NCBI GenBank assembly: GCA_028534125.1
Contig: CM052816.1
Location: 39,124,001-39,188,000 of the forward strand
Source of the DNA: Lama glama
Lineage: Eukaryota
Direction: 5' to 3'
Length of the DNA stretch: 64,000 nucleotides
Shown: positions 39,650 through 53,242 of the stretch, piece by piece
How the letters are laid out: the number at the start of each line of letters is the position of its first letter
How positions within the stretch are numbered: position 1 is the first letter of the stretch
Made by a program: the position numbers and the translations under genes
The notes under the pieces: generated by a model
What the model was told of the DNA's origin: nothing
What the model saw: only the letters and a program-made list of their open reading frames with translations
Databases searched by the model: none

Positions 39650-42600
39650 ATTGGAAACCAAAGGACTAAACAAGTAAAATAAGTAAGGAAAATAAGACTT
39701 CCACTTCAAGCTGCAATGGAGTAGCTTATGCAGAACAGTGCTCCCACTGAGAACACCTAGAAAAACTGAATGAAGTTTTAAAAGATTTCTTTTTAAGAGC
39801 ATCAGACAGTTATTTAGGCAACTAGGAAGTTAAAGCCCAAATTCCTGGAGAAAGGCAAACCTTGAGAGGAGAAGCAACCTCTGCAGTTACTTTTTTTCCC
39901 TGAGGATATTTAGTATTTTTAGACATTGGCAAGAAGCTGAGAATTTTGGCAAAGGGTCTGAGAGGAAAAACAAAAAAAAACACTTAGTAAGATGACAAAA
40001 AACTGGCACAACTTTTGACAGACCTATGAACCTAAAGAGACAAAAATTAGGGCATGGTGTGGGGCAGAATATTTCAGTAAGGAGAAAGGTAGACAAGTGA
40101 GATAATACTCTGTTGGGTTTTCACTCACTACATTTGCTGAATTATGAAGCTTAGAGGCTAAAATCAAGCAGAAATCTTGCAAAAAGCAGAGAAAAATTTC
40201 ACCAGTATTGTGATGCTCTATAGATAAGAGCTCAAATTTAGAATGTGCTGCTGTGGAAGAACCATGGTAAACACCAGATATTCTCAATTGATATTTCTGT
40301 AAGATTGAGACCTAACAGTGAGGGCTTCCCTAAAGTGCTATAACTCAGACAGGAGTTAATCTGTTCTCTAAGTGGATTAATTTGGTCAGCCAGCACTCTA
40401 TCTAGCAGCCGAAAGACAGACTCAGCCCTCTCAAAAAAGGATAATACTGTACAAAGCTGTAAAATGTTATTGGCAAGGTTCTTACATATATATATATATA
40501 TATATGGGTAGGCCAAGGACATGGCCAAAAACCATGAGACGAAACAGATGATAGAATAGACCCATAGGGGATCCAGATATTGCATTAAACAAATAAGAAT
40601 GTTAAAATAGCAGTAATACAAATGACTATGAATTTCTCATCAGAAAACCTAGTTTCTGGTGTAAAATTGTGTGTAGGGGGAGAAGAGGCATGTGGTCAAT
40701 TATTGTGTAGATCCAGAACTGTTATGAAAAATAAATTCTAGTAAAAAAGGATATACAACAGACAGTACAAGTTTTGTAAAGCCTAAATATTTATTATTTG
40801 GCCCCTTATAGAAGATATTTATTGATCCCTAATCTAAACCTACCTATTTGAAGGCAGCAATTGTCAGGCTGTATAAAAAAGTAAACCCCAACTAAATACA
40901 GTCTGCATGAATCCTACAAGAAAAAATGATTTTGGTAGTTTAGAAGTTAAAAAGATGAAAAGAATTATACAACACTAAATAAAAAAAAGCTAAAATATTA
41001 ATATCAGACTTAAGAACCAAGAAAATTACAGGGATAAAGAGACAGAATTATAAAGTGGTCAATTTACAAAGAATAAACAAAATTCTATTTATGTATGCAG
41101 CTAACAGAGCCTCAAGATTTAAGAGGGAAAAATATACAACTGGAAGAAAAAGAAGATAAATCCAAAAATATACTTGGAAACTTTATCACTACCCTCTCAA
41201 GGGAGAATAAAGAAGTACTGAGTAACACAATCAGCTTGAACTAATTTTATTGTTTATGGAACACTCCAGTCAACAACAGCAGAATACCTATTCTTTTTTA
41301 GTACAAATGGAATATTCACCAAAATAGACCATACTATTGGGTCATAAAACAGACCTCAGAAGTTTAAAAGAACTGTAACTATACAGAGTGTTTCCTACCA
41401 CAACATAATCAAACTATAGTCAAAACAGAAAGATAATGAGACAATCTCCAAACACTTGGAACTAAATGACACACTTCTTAAAAAGTCTGTGTGTAAAAAA
41501 GGAAGTCTGAAGGGAAATTAAAAGAAAATACATTACACTGAGCTGAATGAAAATGAAACTACTATATATCACAATTGTGAGACAAAACTAAAACAGTATT
41601 TAGAGGGAAATTTATAGTACTAAATACATACAGTAGAAAATAGGAAAATCTCAAATCAGTAATCTGAGCTCCCATCTCAAGAATTTAAGAGCAAAATAAA
41701 CCTAAAAGAAGCTGAAGGAAGCAAATAATAAAGATACAGGTAAAAATCAATTAAACAAAAACCTAATTCTTTGAGAGATCAATAAAATTGACACATTTCT
41801 AGCAAGATTAACAAAGAAAAAAAGCACCGAACACACCAGTTACCTTTATTGGGAATCAAATAGGCAATAACTATCCCCACAGATACTTAAATTGTAATGA
41901 GGGACTACCACAAATAACCCCACACACATAAATTTCACAGGTAATTTGGACTAATCCTTGAAAACCATGCTGAAAAAACTCACCCAATATGAAAAAGATA
42001 ATTCACTTAGTTATAAAAAAAACTGTTTTCTTGTTTCCTGAGGTAGGCTTGTATTACCATAAACTTTCATCTTAGAATAACTTTTGCTGTGTCCCACTGA
42101 TTTGGATCGTATTTTCATTTTCATTTGTGTCCAAGTGTTTTATGATTTCTTCTTTGATTTCTTTAGTGATCCTTTGGTAGTTTAGTAGCATATTGTTTAG
42201 CCTCCATGTGTTTTTGTTTTTTGCAGTTTTTTTTCTTGTAGTTCATTTCTAATGTCATATAGTGTTGTGGTCAGAAAAGGTGCTTGATATGATTTCAGTT
42301 TTCTTTAATTTGCCAAGGCTTGTTTTGTCACCTAGCACGTGATCTATCCTGGAGAATATCACACGTGCACTTGATAAAATGCGTATTCTGTTGCTTTTGG
42401 ATGAGATGTTCTGAATATATATCCATTAAGTCCAGCTGGCCTAGTGTGTCATTTAAAGCCAATGTTTCCTGTTTATTTTCTCTCTGGATGATCTGTCCAT
42501 TGATGTAAGTGGAATGTTAAAGTCCCCTACTATTATTGTATTATTGTGACTTCTCCTTTTATGTCTGTTAATATTTGCTTTATTTATTTATATTCTCCTA

Positions 42601-45600
42601 TGTTGGGTGTGTATATATTTATAATTGTTACATGTTCTTGGTTTGATCCTTTGATCATTATGTAATATACTTCTTTGTCTCCTGTAACATTTTTTGTTTT
42701 CAAGTCTATTTTATCTGATGTAAGTATTGCTACCCCAGCTTTCTTTTCATTTCCATTTGCATGGAATACCTTTTCCCATCTCCTCACTTTCAGTTTGTTT
42801 TTGTGTCCTTTCAGCCACTCTATGTCTTTTGATGGGAGCGTTTAATCCATTTACATTTGAAGTAATTATTGATAGGTATGTACTCATTGCCATTTTGTTA
42901 ATTGTTTTGGGGTTGTTTTGGTAGGTTCTTTTTGTTTCTTTCTTCTTCCTTTGTGACTTGATGGCAATCTTTAGTATCAACAACTATGCATCAATAATAT
43001 GGGCGACCTAGAATAAATGGACAAATTCCTAGAAATACACAATCTCCCAAGGCTATACCAAGAAGAAATAGAAAATATGAACAGACCAATCAGTAGTGAA
43101 AGTGATTCAATAAACAAAACAAAAACAAAAACAAAAAAAACTCCCAACAAAAAAGTTCAGGACCAAATGGCTTCACAGATGAATTCTACCAAACATTTAA
43201 AGAATTAATACATATCCTTTTCAAAATATTCAAAAAAATGGATTAAAGACCTAAATGTAAGATGTGAAACCATAAACTTCTAGAAGAAAACATAGGCAGT
43301 ATGCTGTATGACATTGGTCTTAGTAATTTTTTGGATGTCTCCTCAGTTAAGAGAAACAAAAACAAAAATAAACAAATGGGACTACATCAGAACTAGAAAG
43401 CTTTTACTCAGTAAAGGGAAGCATCAACAAAGCAAAAAGGCTGCTTAATGAATGTAAAAAGATATTTGCAAAAAATATATCTGGTAAGGGGTTAATATCC
43501 AGAACATACAAAGAACATGTACAAATCAACATCAAAAACAAACATCCCTATTAAAAATGGGCAGAGGATTTGAGTAGACATTTTTCAGAAAAAGAACATA
43601 TGGATGGCCAACAGACACATGAAAAAATGTTTAACATCACTAATCATCAAGGAAATGCAAATAAAAACCACAATGAGGTATCACTTCACATTGGACAGAA
43701 TGGCTATCATCAAAAAGACGACAAATAACAAGTGTTGGCAGTGATGTAGAGAAAAGAGAATGCTCATGCATTGTTGGTGGCAATGTAAATTGTTGCAGCC
43801 CCAGAGCAATTGAGATTGCTCCAAAAATTAAAATTAGAACTTCCACATTATCCAGCAGTTCCACTCTTGGGTATTTATCAGAAAAGAAGAAAAATACTAA
43901 TTAGAAAAGAACCATGCACCCTATGTTTATTGCAGCATTATTTACAATAGTCAAGATATGGAAGCAACCCAAGTGCCCATCAACAAATGGATGGATAAAA
44001 AAGATGTAGTATATAAACAGTGGAATATTACTCAGCCATAAATAAATGAAATCTTGCTATTTGCAACAACATGGATGGAACTAGAGGGTAATGTGCTAAG
44101 TGAACTATTTCAGACAAAGACAAATACTGTAAGTTTTCACTTACATGTGGGCTCTAAGAAACAAATGAACAAACATAATAAAACAGAAACAGTTCTAGAT
44201 ACAGAGAACAAACAACTGGTTGCCAGAAAGGAGGGAGTTGGGGGAGGAAAGAAATAAGGAAGGAGTTTTGGAGTTTTTTAAGAGGTACGGACTTTCAGTT
44301 GCAAAATAAATGTCATGAGTATGAAATGCATAGTGTGGGGAAAATAGACAATAGCTATGTATTATATTTGTATGGTGAAATATTGTAACTAGATTTACTG
44401 TAGTGATCAGTTTGAAATATATAGAAATACCAAATCACTATGCTGTGTAAGAGAAACTAACATAGTGTTATAGGTCAATTATACTTCAAAAACAAGCAGA
44501 CTCATAGAAAAAGATAACAGATTTTTGGTTATCAAAGGTGAGGGGTTGGGGAAGTGGGAATTGAATGAAGGCAGTTAAAGACTCAGTATTTTTAAGATGT
44601 TAATCCTCCCCAAATTGATGTATGTATTCAGTGTAATCACAATAAAAATCCCAGCAAGCTTTCTTTTTTAGATACTGGAAAAATAACTTTTAAATTCATA
44701 TAGTTATGCAAAGGACCTACGAAAACCACAAACAATTGTAAAGAAGAAATGAAGGACTAGCATCATTTGATTTCAAGACTTACTGTCAATCTACAATAAT
44801 CAAGAAAATAGTATTGGTGTAAATATGGACAAATAAGTCAGTGGAACAGAATAGAGATTTTTAAAATAATCCCACATATATATATATATATATGGATAAT
44901 TGATTTTTCACAGAATGCATATGCAGTTTAGCAGAGAATAGATAATCATTTTAACAAATGATGCTGAAACAATTAGATATCTATATGTAAACAAATAAAC
45001 TTTGATCTATATCTTATACCATGTAAAATACTTAACTCAGAATGGATTGTAGATATAATTGTGAAATATAAAATTCCAAAAATATAAGGAAAACTTTTGC
45101 AAACTTGTGTTCAGCAAAGATTTCTTAGATATGACACCAAACATATGATCTATAAAGAAATATATTGGTAAATTGAACTTCATCAAATGAAAAAGGTCTT
45201 TCTTTGAAAGATCCTGTTAAGGTAATGCAGAAACAAGCCTTAGACTTGAGAAGATATTTGAAAATCATAAATCTAACAAAGGACTTTTAAAGAATTCTAG
45301 GACATATGAAGAACTCTCAATGCTTTATAATAAGAAATCCACAAAAATGGGCAAAAGATTTGAATAAACAGTTAACCAAATCATATACACAGATGGTAAG
45401 TAAGCACCTTAAAAGATGTCCAACATCAGTCAATAGGGAAATGTATATTAAAAACCACAATGGGGAAACTACTATATTCCTGTTAGAATGTCTAAAGTTA
45501 AAAAGACTGACTATTCCAAGTGCTGACAAGGAATATGGAAAGCAACTGAAATCTTAAACACTGCTGGTGAGAATGTAAAATAGCACAACCACTTTGGAAA

Positions 45601-45998
45601 ACTGTTTGACAGTTTCTTAAAAAGTTAAATGAACATCTACCCATATGATTCAAACATTCTGCTCCTCAATATTTACCCAAGAGACATGGAAGCAGATGAG
45701 CATACAAAGGTCATATAAAGATAAGCTGCATAAAAGAAGCCAGGCAAAGAAAGTACACATAGTATATGATTCCACATCATAAAATGCAATGAAGTTCAAA
45801 CCAATGAATAGTGACAGAAAGTAGATCAACAGATGCTGGGGGCAGAGGAATGACAAAGGGGCATGAGGGAACTTCTGGGGGTGACGATTGTGTTCGTTAA
45901 CAAAAATTGTGATGGTTTCACAAGTGTATGCAAATTGTACACTTTAAATGTGTACAGCTTACTGTATATGAGTTGTACCTAAATAAAGCTGTTAAAAT
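39650..45998 (+). mobile_element. Old LINE-1 (5' region, ORF2 remnants, 3' end) hosting a nested L1
   Basis: Degraded plus-strand ORF2 at about 40800-42020 and about 44580-45998, ending aataaagctgttaaaa. Confidence 0.7.
42025..44580. mobile_element. Nested LINE-1 with an inverted endonuclease segment (minus 42025-42978, plus 42979-44580)
   Basis: Minus ORF LSIITSNVNGLNAPIKRHRVAE; plus ORF MDKFLEIHNLPRLYQEEIENMNRPI. Confidence 0.75.
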
Positions 45999-46102
45999 TA
46001 TTTCAATAATCATATTTTATGGATTTCATTGATATCTTGATGTATACATTAATAAGTATAATACAGTGGCATTATAATTACATTCAATCTCTTCTTTTAC
46101 AG

Positions 46103-46256
46103 AACAGGGCACTTGGGCAACCTGACAGCTCCTTGCAATTCTCATTGTAAATGCTCATCTTCATTTTATTCTTCTACATGTGGAAGAGATGATATTGTAT
46201 ATTTTTCTCCTTGCTTTGCAGGTTGTACACATTCTAAAACATTAAAGGATAGCAAG
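46103..46256 (+). CDS. SLCO6A1: SLCO6A1 coding exon (about exon 9), 154 nt, Kazal-like loop: TGHLGNLTAPCNSHCKCSSSFYSSTCGRDDIVYFSPCFAGCTHSKTLKDSK
   Basis: cttcttttacAG acceptor and AAG|GTAATT donor. Cys pattern CN..C.C......CG.D...YFSPCFAGC. Phase 2 to phase 0. Confidence 0.94.
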
Positions 46257-49200
46257 GTAATTATTTTTTATTATGCTTCTTTGTCTCTATAAGATGTGCA
46301 ACTTATAGATGGTGTTCACATTTTACTCCTAGCTCTGTATAAAATCTTTTTTCCCTTTACTTATATTTTGAAAACAAGAGAAGAACATATGCTTTCTGTG
46401 GCCACAATACATAGGACTTATAAGAATTGGAAGTGGAAAAGATTAAATTATATTAAAACAGTAATTAAAATCACATTAAAATATGTCTCCATATATTACA
46501 TTATTCCAATTTTATGATTTTAAAGCAGTGGGTGACTATAGTGTACCTCTTGCCATAGCAAAGTTGAAAGAAGCAGTCTAAGAGAATATTTTGTCTTCTT
46601 CTTATGTAGCTTATCTTAGTTCTATCCTGTCAGCAGCACCCGATCCACCAAAATCTTAAACCACAGTCTTTCCCGCACCAGTGGGTTGACAGCACTATCT
46701 TCTGGTCACCTTTCACTCAGTTTTTTGTCCTGAGGAATTCAAAATATCTACACTGTACCTTCTTGCTATCTTTCTATTTCTGCCCCACATTCACATGTGG
46801 AAATCAGTGCCTTTATTGTGTGCCAGAGATTACCATACAAATAAGACCCTGAAAGCATATGAGAAAGATATAATGTGCTTTCCAGAAAGGTAAGAGAAGG
46901 AGGATTTATATGGCAACGATACAAATGACTTAAAATTGAATATATGTCTTTCCTGTTTGTCCTTTGGCATTTTCATGAATTGAGACTCATTTTAAATTCC
47001 CCTATTTGCTCATCTTTGGGGCCATTACCATCAAAATCCCTAATTTCTCTGGGCCTTTGATTAATCTCCAGACAAATTTTCTAATTTTTCATGTAGAGCA
47101 GTTGACCATTCTGCTACTTGTTTGACTCGAGGGTAGTGTTTTTACATCCAAAGTAGCACAAATGAGCTTTTAGCTAAACAATGGGCTGTAACTTCAGCTT
47201 CTCCCTTGAGGTGACACGGAAGTAGGGATCCAGGCTTTAAAAATTCTGTTTCCCTCTCCTCTCCCTGTCTAGTCTTTGTGAGGGGGAGAGAGCAGTGAAG
47301 ATGTATACTTCCTGACCCATAGTCATTATACTACCTCCCTTAGTAGGCAATAAAGTACTGTATTAGTTACAACCCAGGAAAACAGTATTATTTTCCCTGT
47401 TGCACACAGATCATTTTAATATAAGATATTAGCATACCTGTCCAAGTTTAGTTCCTCTTTGTCATGTTTTCACTGGCCTACGATTTAATAATATATCTTC
47501 AGCCTTTTATTGAATATTAATATAAAAAGGATTACATATCTTTAAAAAATCTTTCTTATTAAATGTTCAGAATTATTCTTTTAAATTTGAAATGATTATA
47601 TAAATTTTAAAATTTTATATATTTTAAATGACTCATTTACTTTTAAATATATTTAAAATCTTCAAAATACATTACTGTGGAAAGCTTTAAATGGAATTAG
47701 AAAAGAATGTGAGCTCCTATATGTCAATTACCCATCTTCAACAATTTATTTACTTATGAAAAATCTCATTATACTCACACTTAGTTGTTCTCCATTCTAC
47801 TTTGACAAGTAAATGATTTTTTAAATGTTCACATTGTCTGCCACCACAGTATAAAGCAAAACTGATTGACCTTGGTGTTTTAATCCCATGGGATATTCAA
47901 GAGCTGATCCCCCTTTCTTTTTCTGGGGGAATCCCTTTTAGGAATTTGTTTCTATTTCATAAAAATCTTCATACTTTTCTTACATTTATCTAGTAATTAA
48001 TTTACAGTGAATAAAGAAATAATCCACAACATAGTGACTCAAATTGTGTGATAACATTTGATGCTGAATAAAAATTGAAAGAATAAAGAGTATTTTTGAC
48101 AAAAATTAGATTTGTTAGGAATTATCCAGGATGGTTAGGTAAAGAAATAATGGCTCTGAAGGAAAATTGACAATAGCAGAAGCTACTATTACTACAATTG
48201 ATACAGATGAAACTAATTAATAGAGAATATATACATTAAATTCAAATAGGAAATAATTGATACCAATAAAAATAATTTTAACAAAATAAAAATTAAGTAA
48301 GAGAAATACTATACACAAAAAACGATTAAGTATCTAAATTGTGCTAATGGGATTCCCTCTGTAAAATATTTTTTCAGTAAAAATATGTAGTTTAAAATAA
48401 TTCTGATTAAATGATAATATTCAAAACATGATCAGGGACAAAATGTGTTAGAATTGAGCACTTTCCAGTTACACTTACGCAAAAGTTTACAAGAGGAGTG
48501 GTGGGAGACACTACCTCTGTAGATTTCTAGGTTTTTTTGAAAAATCGCACTTTACTAACAGTGAAAAAGAGGTACCTGCTCTTCATAGTAATAACAATTG
48601 ATAAAACAGCAGAATCAGGGAGTGTCTTTCAGAGACTGCTGTAGTCCAGCAGGAGCCTCATTCTCATTATCTATAGAGAGGGAAGTCAATCTTGTCCAAA
48701 GCATTAAGGATAAAAAGAAGGCTTCAGAGTCTTTCAGTTGAAGCATTTTTAGACTATTTTAACTTCATTTCCTGACCTCCCACTTCTGTGTTACATTTGT
48801 CATATATTTTATTTCTCCATACATTTTAAATGGTATACTATTATTACTGTTGTTTTGTACAGTCGTTATGCATTTGTATTTCCCCATTTCCTTGCATTTC
48901 CATGCTTTCACACAAGATTATTTTCTTTCTTCCTGAAGAACCGTATTTCACCTTCTCTTCTGAAAAGAAAAACTATTTCACTTGGTACAGAATTTTATAT
49001 TGGCAGTGATTCCCACCCCCTGACCCTGCCCTGGCATTTGAAAGATGCCATTATATTGTCTTACGTCTCTGGCTGTTTGGCTATTTTTCGGATTTTTCTC
49101 TTAGTTTTTGATTTTCAGCCATTTTGCTTTGATGTGCCTAGATGTGATTTTCATTATATTTATTTTGCTAGAATTTCATGGAAGGTCTTTAGTCTGTGGG

Positions 49201-49282
49201 TTGATGGCTATCAGTTGGAGAATTCTCAGCTATTATTTCTTCCTCACTCTCTCCCCTCTTTTTTTGGAATTGGGGGGGCACC

Positions 49283-49866
49283 ATGTATTAATGTACTGTT
49301 GCTGCGTAACAGATTATCACAATCTTAGTGTCTTTAAGTAATAGTCATTTATTAGCTCGCAGGTTGGAAATTCAGATATGGCATTACAGGGTCCTCTTCT
49401 CAGAGTCTCACAGGGTAAAATCAGAATATTGGCTGAACTGCATTCCTTTCCAGAGGCACTAGGTAAAAACCTACCTCCAAGATCATTCAGATTATTGGCC
49501 AAATTTGGTTCCATTGGGCTGTAAAAAATGAAGCCCCTGTTTCCTTGCTAGCTGCCTGCTGAAAGCCAATTTTAACTCTTAGAGGCCACCCCCATTCTTT
49601 GCTACATGACTCCATCTATCTTCAAAGCCAGTAGCAGAGGATCTCCCTTGTCACAAGTTTTGAAATCTATGACCTCAGGGAAATCCTGGTTCCTTTTATG
49701 TATCACCCAATTAGGTGAAGTTTACTCTGTCTTAAAGTCAGCTTTGCCATATAACATAACTTAGTAAGGGGATTAAAATCCATCAACTCACGGTTGTATG
49801 AATTACGCAGATTAATCAAATGGTGGGGGGAATCTTAGGTGCCATCTTAGAATTCTGCCTAACGCA
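49283..49866 (-). mobile_element. MaLR LTR (MLT1E-like)
   Basis: tgttgctgcgtaacagattatcacaatcttagtg ... gccatcttagaattctgccta. Confidence 0.75.
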
Positions 49867-51184
49867 GACCACAACTGTGTCCCATAACCTTCTGTTCTTT
49901 TCTCTGTTTTTTAGCTCCTGTCATCTGTTTGCTTAGATGTGCATATTTTCTATTGTCCTTTCTTCCAGTTACTATTTCTCTATTATGCTTTGCCTGCTCT
50001 GCTATTATACCCAAAAACTGTGGTTCTAAGTTTATTCACTATGCTTTTCACTTCTAACATTTATGTTTTTGTAGAATTCAAATACCTGGTGAATTTCCAT
50101 ATCAATTAAAGATATTTTATCCATTTATTTTTTGGAAAATACTAATGATAGCTATTTTAAAGTTCTTGCTTATATTTGTTCTTCTAATTTTAAGTCAATT
50201 ATTCTTGTCATTTTGCATGCCTTGTAATGATATGAAATCCTGAACACTGTATGTGAAAAATGTATCCTAATATAATTATATGGTTGTCTGTTTCTCTCTT
50301 TAGTTTGGCTTCATGTAATTTCAGACTCTGATATAATGTGCATACACATTAATAATTGTCACATCTTCTTGAAGAATTGTTCCATTTATCTTTATAAAAT
50401 GTCCCTTTCCATCTTTGATAATACTCTTTGTTTTGAAGTCTGTTTTATATATTAAATAGTCACTCTAACTTCTCTTGCTGTTTCCATGTTATACCTTAGT
50501 TCTATCATTTTATTTTCCAACTGTGTGTCTTTAGGTTTAAAATGTCTCCTGTAGCCTGCTCATAATATGGTTTTGCATTTTCTTCAATTCTATTCATGTC
50601 TGTCTTTTAATTAGAGTTTTTAGACTGCTGACATTTATTGTACTTATTGATATGATGGATTTAGATCTATCTTCCTTTTCATTATTTGAATTGGATATAT
50701 TTTACTATTTCATTTTAATATAACTTTTGGCATTTTGGCTTTTTCTCTTTGAATATAATTCTTCAGTTCTTCAGCCTTTGTGATTCTCCCATCTGTTCAC
50801 TAAACCTTTTTCATATTTTCACTTTACCCCTTAGTCAGCTTAGGTTCTATGGCTTGCAAATATTTGTTGTACTGGTTATATTTTGTCTGACCTCCAGATA
50901 CACTTTTTACCTTTCTCTACCCTCCTCATTGACCCAGGATACTGAACTATAAGATGAAGCTTTTTTGCCCTCTGGCTTCTGGCTGGATTATGATGATAAG
51001 GAGTCTTAGTAGAAAATCAGAAGGATGGGGGGAAAAAGTGAAGTCACAGTGTTTATTTTCTTGGTTCCCTTTCTGAGCCATGGACTGACTGCCTCCCTTG
51101 ACTGCAAGTCTTAGTCTCTTTCTGGCAAACTCTCTCCATATGACCTAATCCTTCTGGTAACCATTCCTACCCTCGAACCCTTCA

Positions 51185-51958
51185 ACAAATCCTTTAAAAT
51201 TTACTTTCACAATAAATACTAGATCTGTCCTCATCGTTTTCTCTGATGCCACCCTGGCCCCAATTACCATTGTCTTGCATTTTATTTGAATAGCTTTTTA
51301 ACTGTTTTCTCTGCTTTCACAGTTCAGTAGTCTCAATATGGCAGCTAGAATGATCTTTTAAAATATGCCGTTTATACATAGGTCCCCTCAATGGTTTCAA
51401 ATTACTAAGATAAAAGCCAAAGTTCTTAAATTGCTCTCACAGTTTATACAGAAACTGGTAGGTTTCTGTATAAACCCTTCCTCCATTACTCTGATTTTAT
51501 TTTCTCTTAGTTCCCTTTATGTTCAGTCTAATCCAACCACGTTTTTCTCCTTGCTTTTCCTTGAACTTGTTAAGCAAGCTCCAGTCACAAGGCCTTTTAA
51601 TTTCTTTTTTTTTAACCTGAAATATATTTCCTTCAGGTAACTGTATGGTTTACTCCCTTACATTCTTCAGATTTCTCCTCAAATATAACTGCATCATTAA
51701 GGCATTCTCTGATCATACTAAACTCATGCTTATAATTTCTGTGCTTTTCGCATACCTATTTTTTTCTCCGTAGTATTTGTTGCCCCATGTGCTCCATTAT
51801 ATGTTTTGTTTTGTTTCTTTAACTGCCGATCTCATACAAGTAGAAAGTTTTCTAGATGAGGGCAGGAATTTCCATTGTATTGTTAATTATTTTTTCCAGT
51901 ACCTAGAATGATGTTTGACATATAGGCATTATTTAAAAATATGGTGGAATGAATGAAT
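51185..51958 (+). mobile_element. L2 LINE 3' region
   Basis: gcagctagaatgatcttt ... gagggcaggaa ... ccagtacctagaa ... gaatgaatgaat terminus. Confidence 0.7.
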
Positions 51959-53054
51959 TCTTATTTGGATATTTCTGTTTTGTCTAACATACCTAGTAAC
52001 CACTTAACAACTTCCCCATACAACTGACATGATTTTTGAACCATCATTTTCCAAATCACTCCAGTTTAAGCCATCTTTGTATCATCTTATTTCTTCACTA
52101 GTAATCTAGTTTAATGTTTCTATTTATTTATTATTATTATTATTTAATTTAGAATCTTTTCGATAGATTAATAAACTGCTAGCTCGTCTCTGTATCTTCA
52201 ACTCTATTTTGTTCTTCTTAGAAAATATTACCTATTTATCTCCCTTGAATTACCAGTTCTAAACAACAACCCCAAGTTTTCAGTGGTTCCCATTAGGGGC
52301 TGTATTCTGACATTCATTGACTTTAGACACTTTTGCCTTTGTAAGCCCCTTCCTTCACTTAAAAAAAAAAAAAAAAGAAAGGAAGAGAGGGAGGGAAAAA
52401 GAGAGAGAGGACTTAATGTACAACTGCATTGATATAAAGACAAATATAATTCAGCTGGATGCATTATAATATATCCATTATTATGATATTTATTTTTCTC
52501 TGATTTTAAGAGATACTATAATTAAAACATTTTATATGGCCCTAAAAGTATTGTGAGCCCTAGGCACACTGTAACTACTCTGTCTAATAGATAACAACCC
52601 TGTCATCATTACATACAAAACAAACTCTTGTCCTTTCAGCATGGTTCTAAAACTGTCTACAGTTGGGTAACTTTCCATATTTCAAATCCCAGCTAAAATT
52701 CCATTTTATTCAGTATATTTTCCTCATTTGCCCCCAAACCATGTATCTCTCCAACAATTATTTGTACAATTAAATGTAAATTTTTTGGGTGAAATTTCTT
52801 AAATTAATAGAACTATAATTACATATAAATACATAATTCTTTGTTAGATAAAATACCTTGGATTTCTTTGCCATTAGTAAATCATGTAAGTGTATATTTA
52901 TAAATTATGAGTGGCAGATTTAATGTAAGGATATTTACTAATAAACTGACTAGTCTCCCTGCAGTTACTGATTTTGTTTTTATTTTATAATTGTAAGATC
53001 TTTTGCCTTATGACTTTATTTCTAAAAGATTGTTTCCTATCTTCATTTTCATAG

Positions 53055-53242
53055 GCATATTACAATTGTTCTTGCATTAAAGACGGAATACCAACACTAG
53101 ATAATCAAGGTGATTTTATTGACGCTAGACGTGGGAACTGTGATGCAAAGTGCTATGAATTACCTTTGTTCGCTGCTTTTATCTTTTCTGCGCTTGTATA
53201 TTCTGGTCTTTCTGATATACCAAACATCCTGACCATCCTTTG
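53055..53242 (+). CDS. SLCO6A1: SLCO6A1 coding exon (about exon 10), 188 nt: AYYNCSCIKDGIPTLDNQGDFIDARRGNCDAKCYELPLFAAFIFSALVYSGLSDIPNILTIL
   Basis: cattttcatAG acceptor, in phase with the previous exon. YYNCSCI and CDAKC motifs. The donor TTG|GTGTGT is weaker than the others. Confidence 0.9.

Larger units (their letters stand above)
21663..53242 (+). other. SLCO6A1: Partial multi-exon gene span, solute carrier organic anion transporter family member 6A1 (OATP6A1)
   Basis: Six spliced exons in the expected order encode OATP transmembrane segments and the Kazal-like Cys-rich loop. Motifs GRDDIVYFSPCFAGC, GDFIDAR and CDAKCYELPLF match my recollection of SLCO6A1 better than SLCO4C1. Confidence 0.9.

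Noticed and set aside
48855..49328. 157-aa hydrophobic ORF
   Set aside because: It lies in T-rich degraded repeat sequence running into a MaLR LTR and has no recognisable domain.
21663..53242. Assignment as SLCO4C1, or as a processed or definite pseudogene
   Set aside because: The motifs fit SLCO6A1 better, introns are present, and all visible exons are open with usable splice sites.
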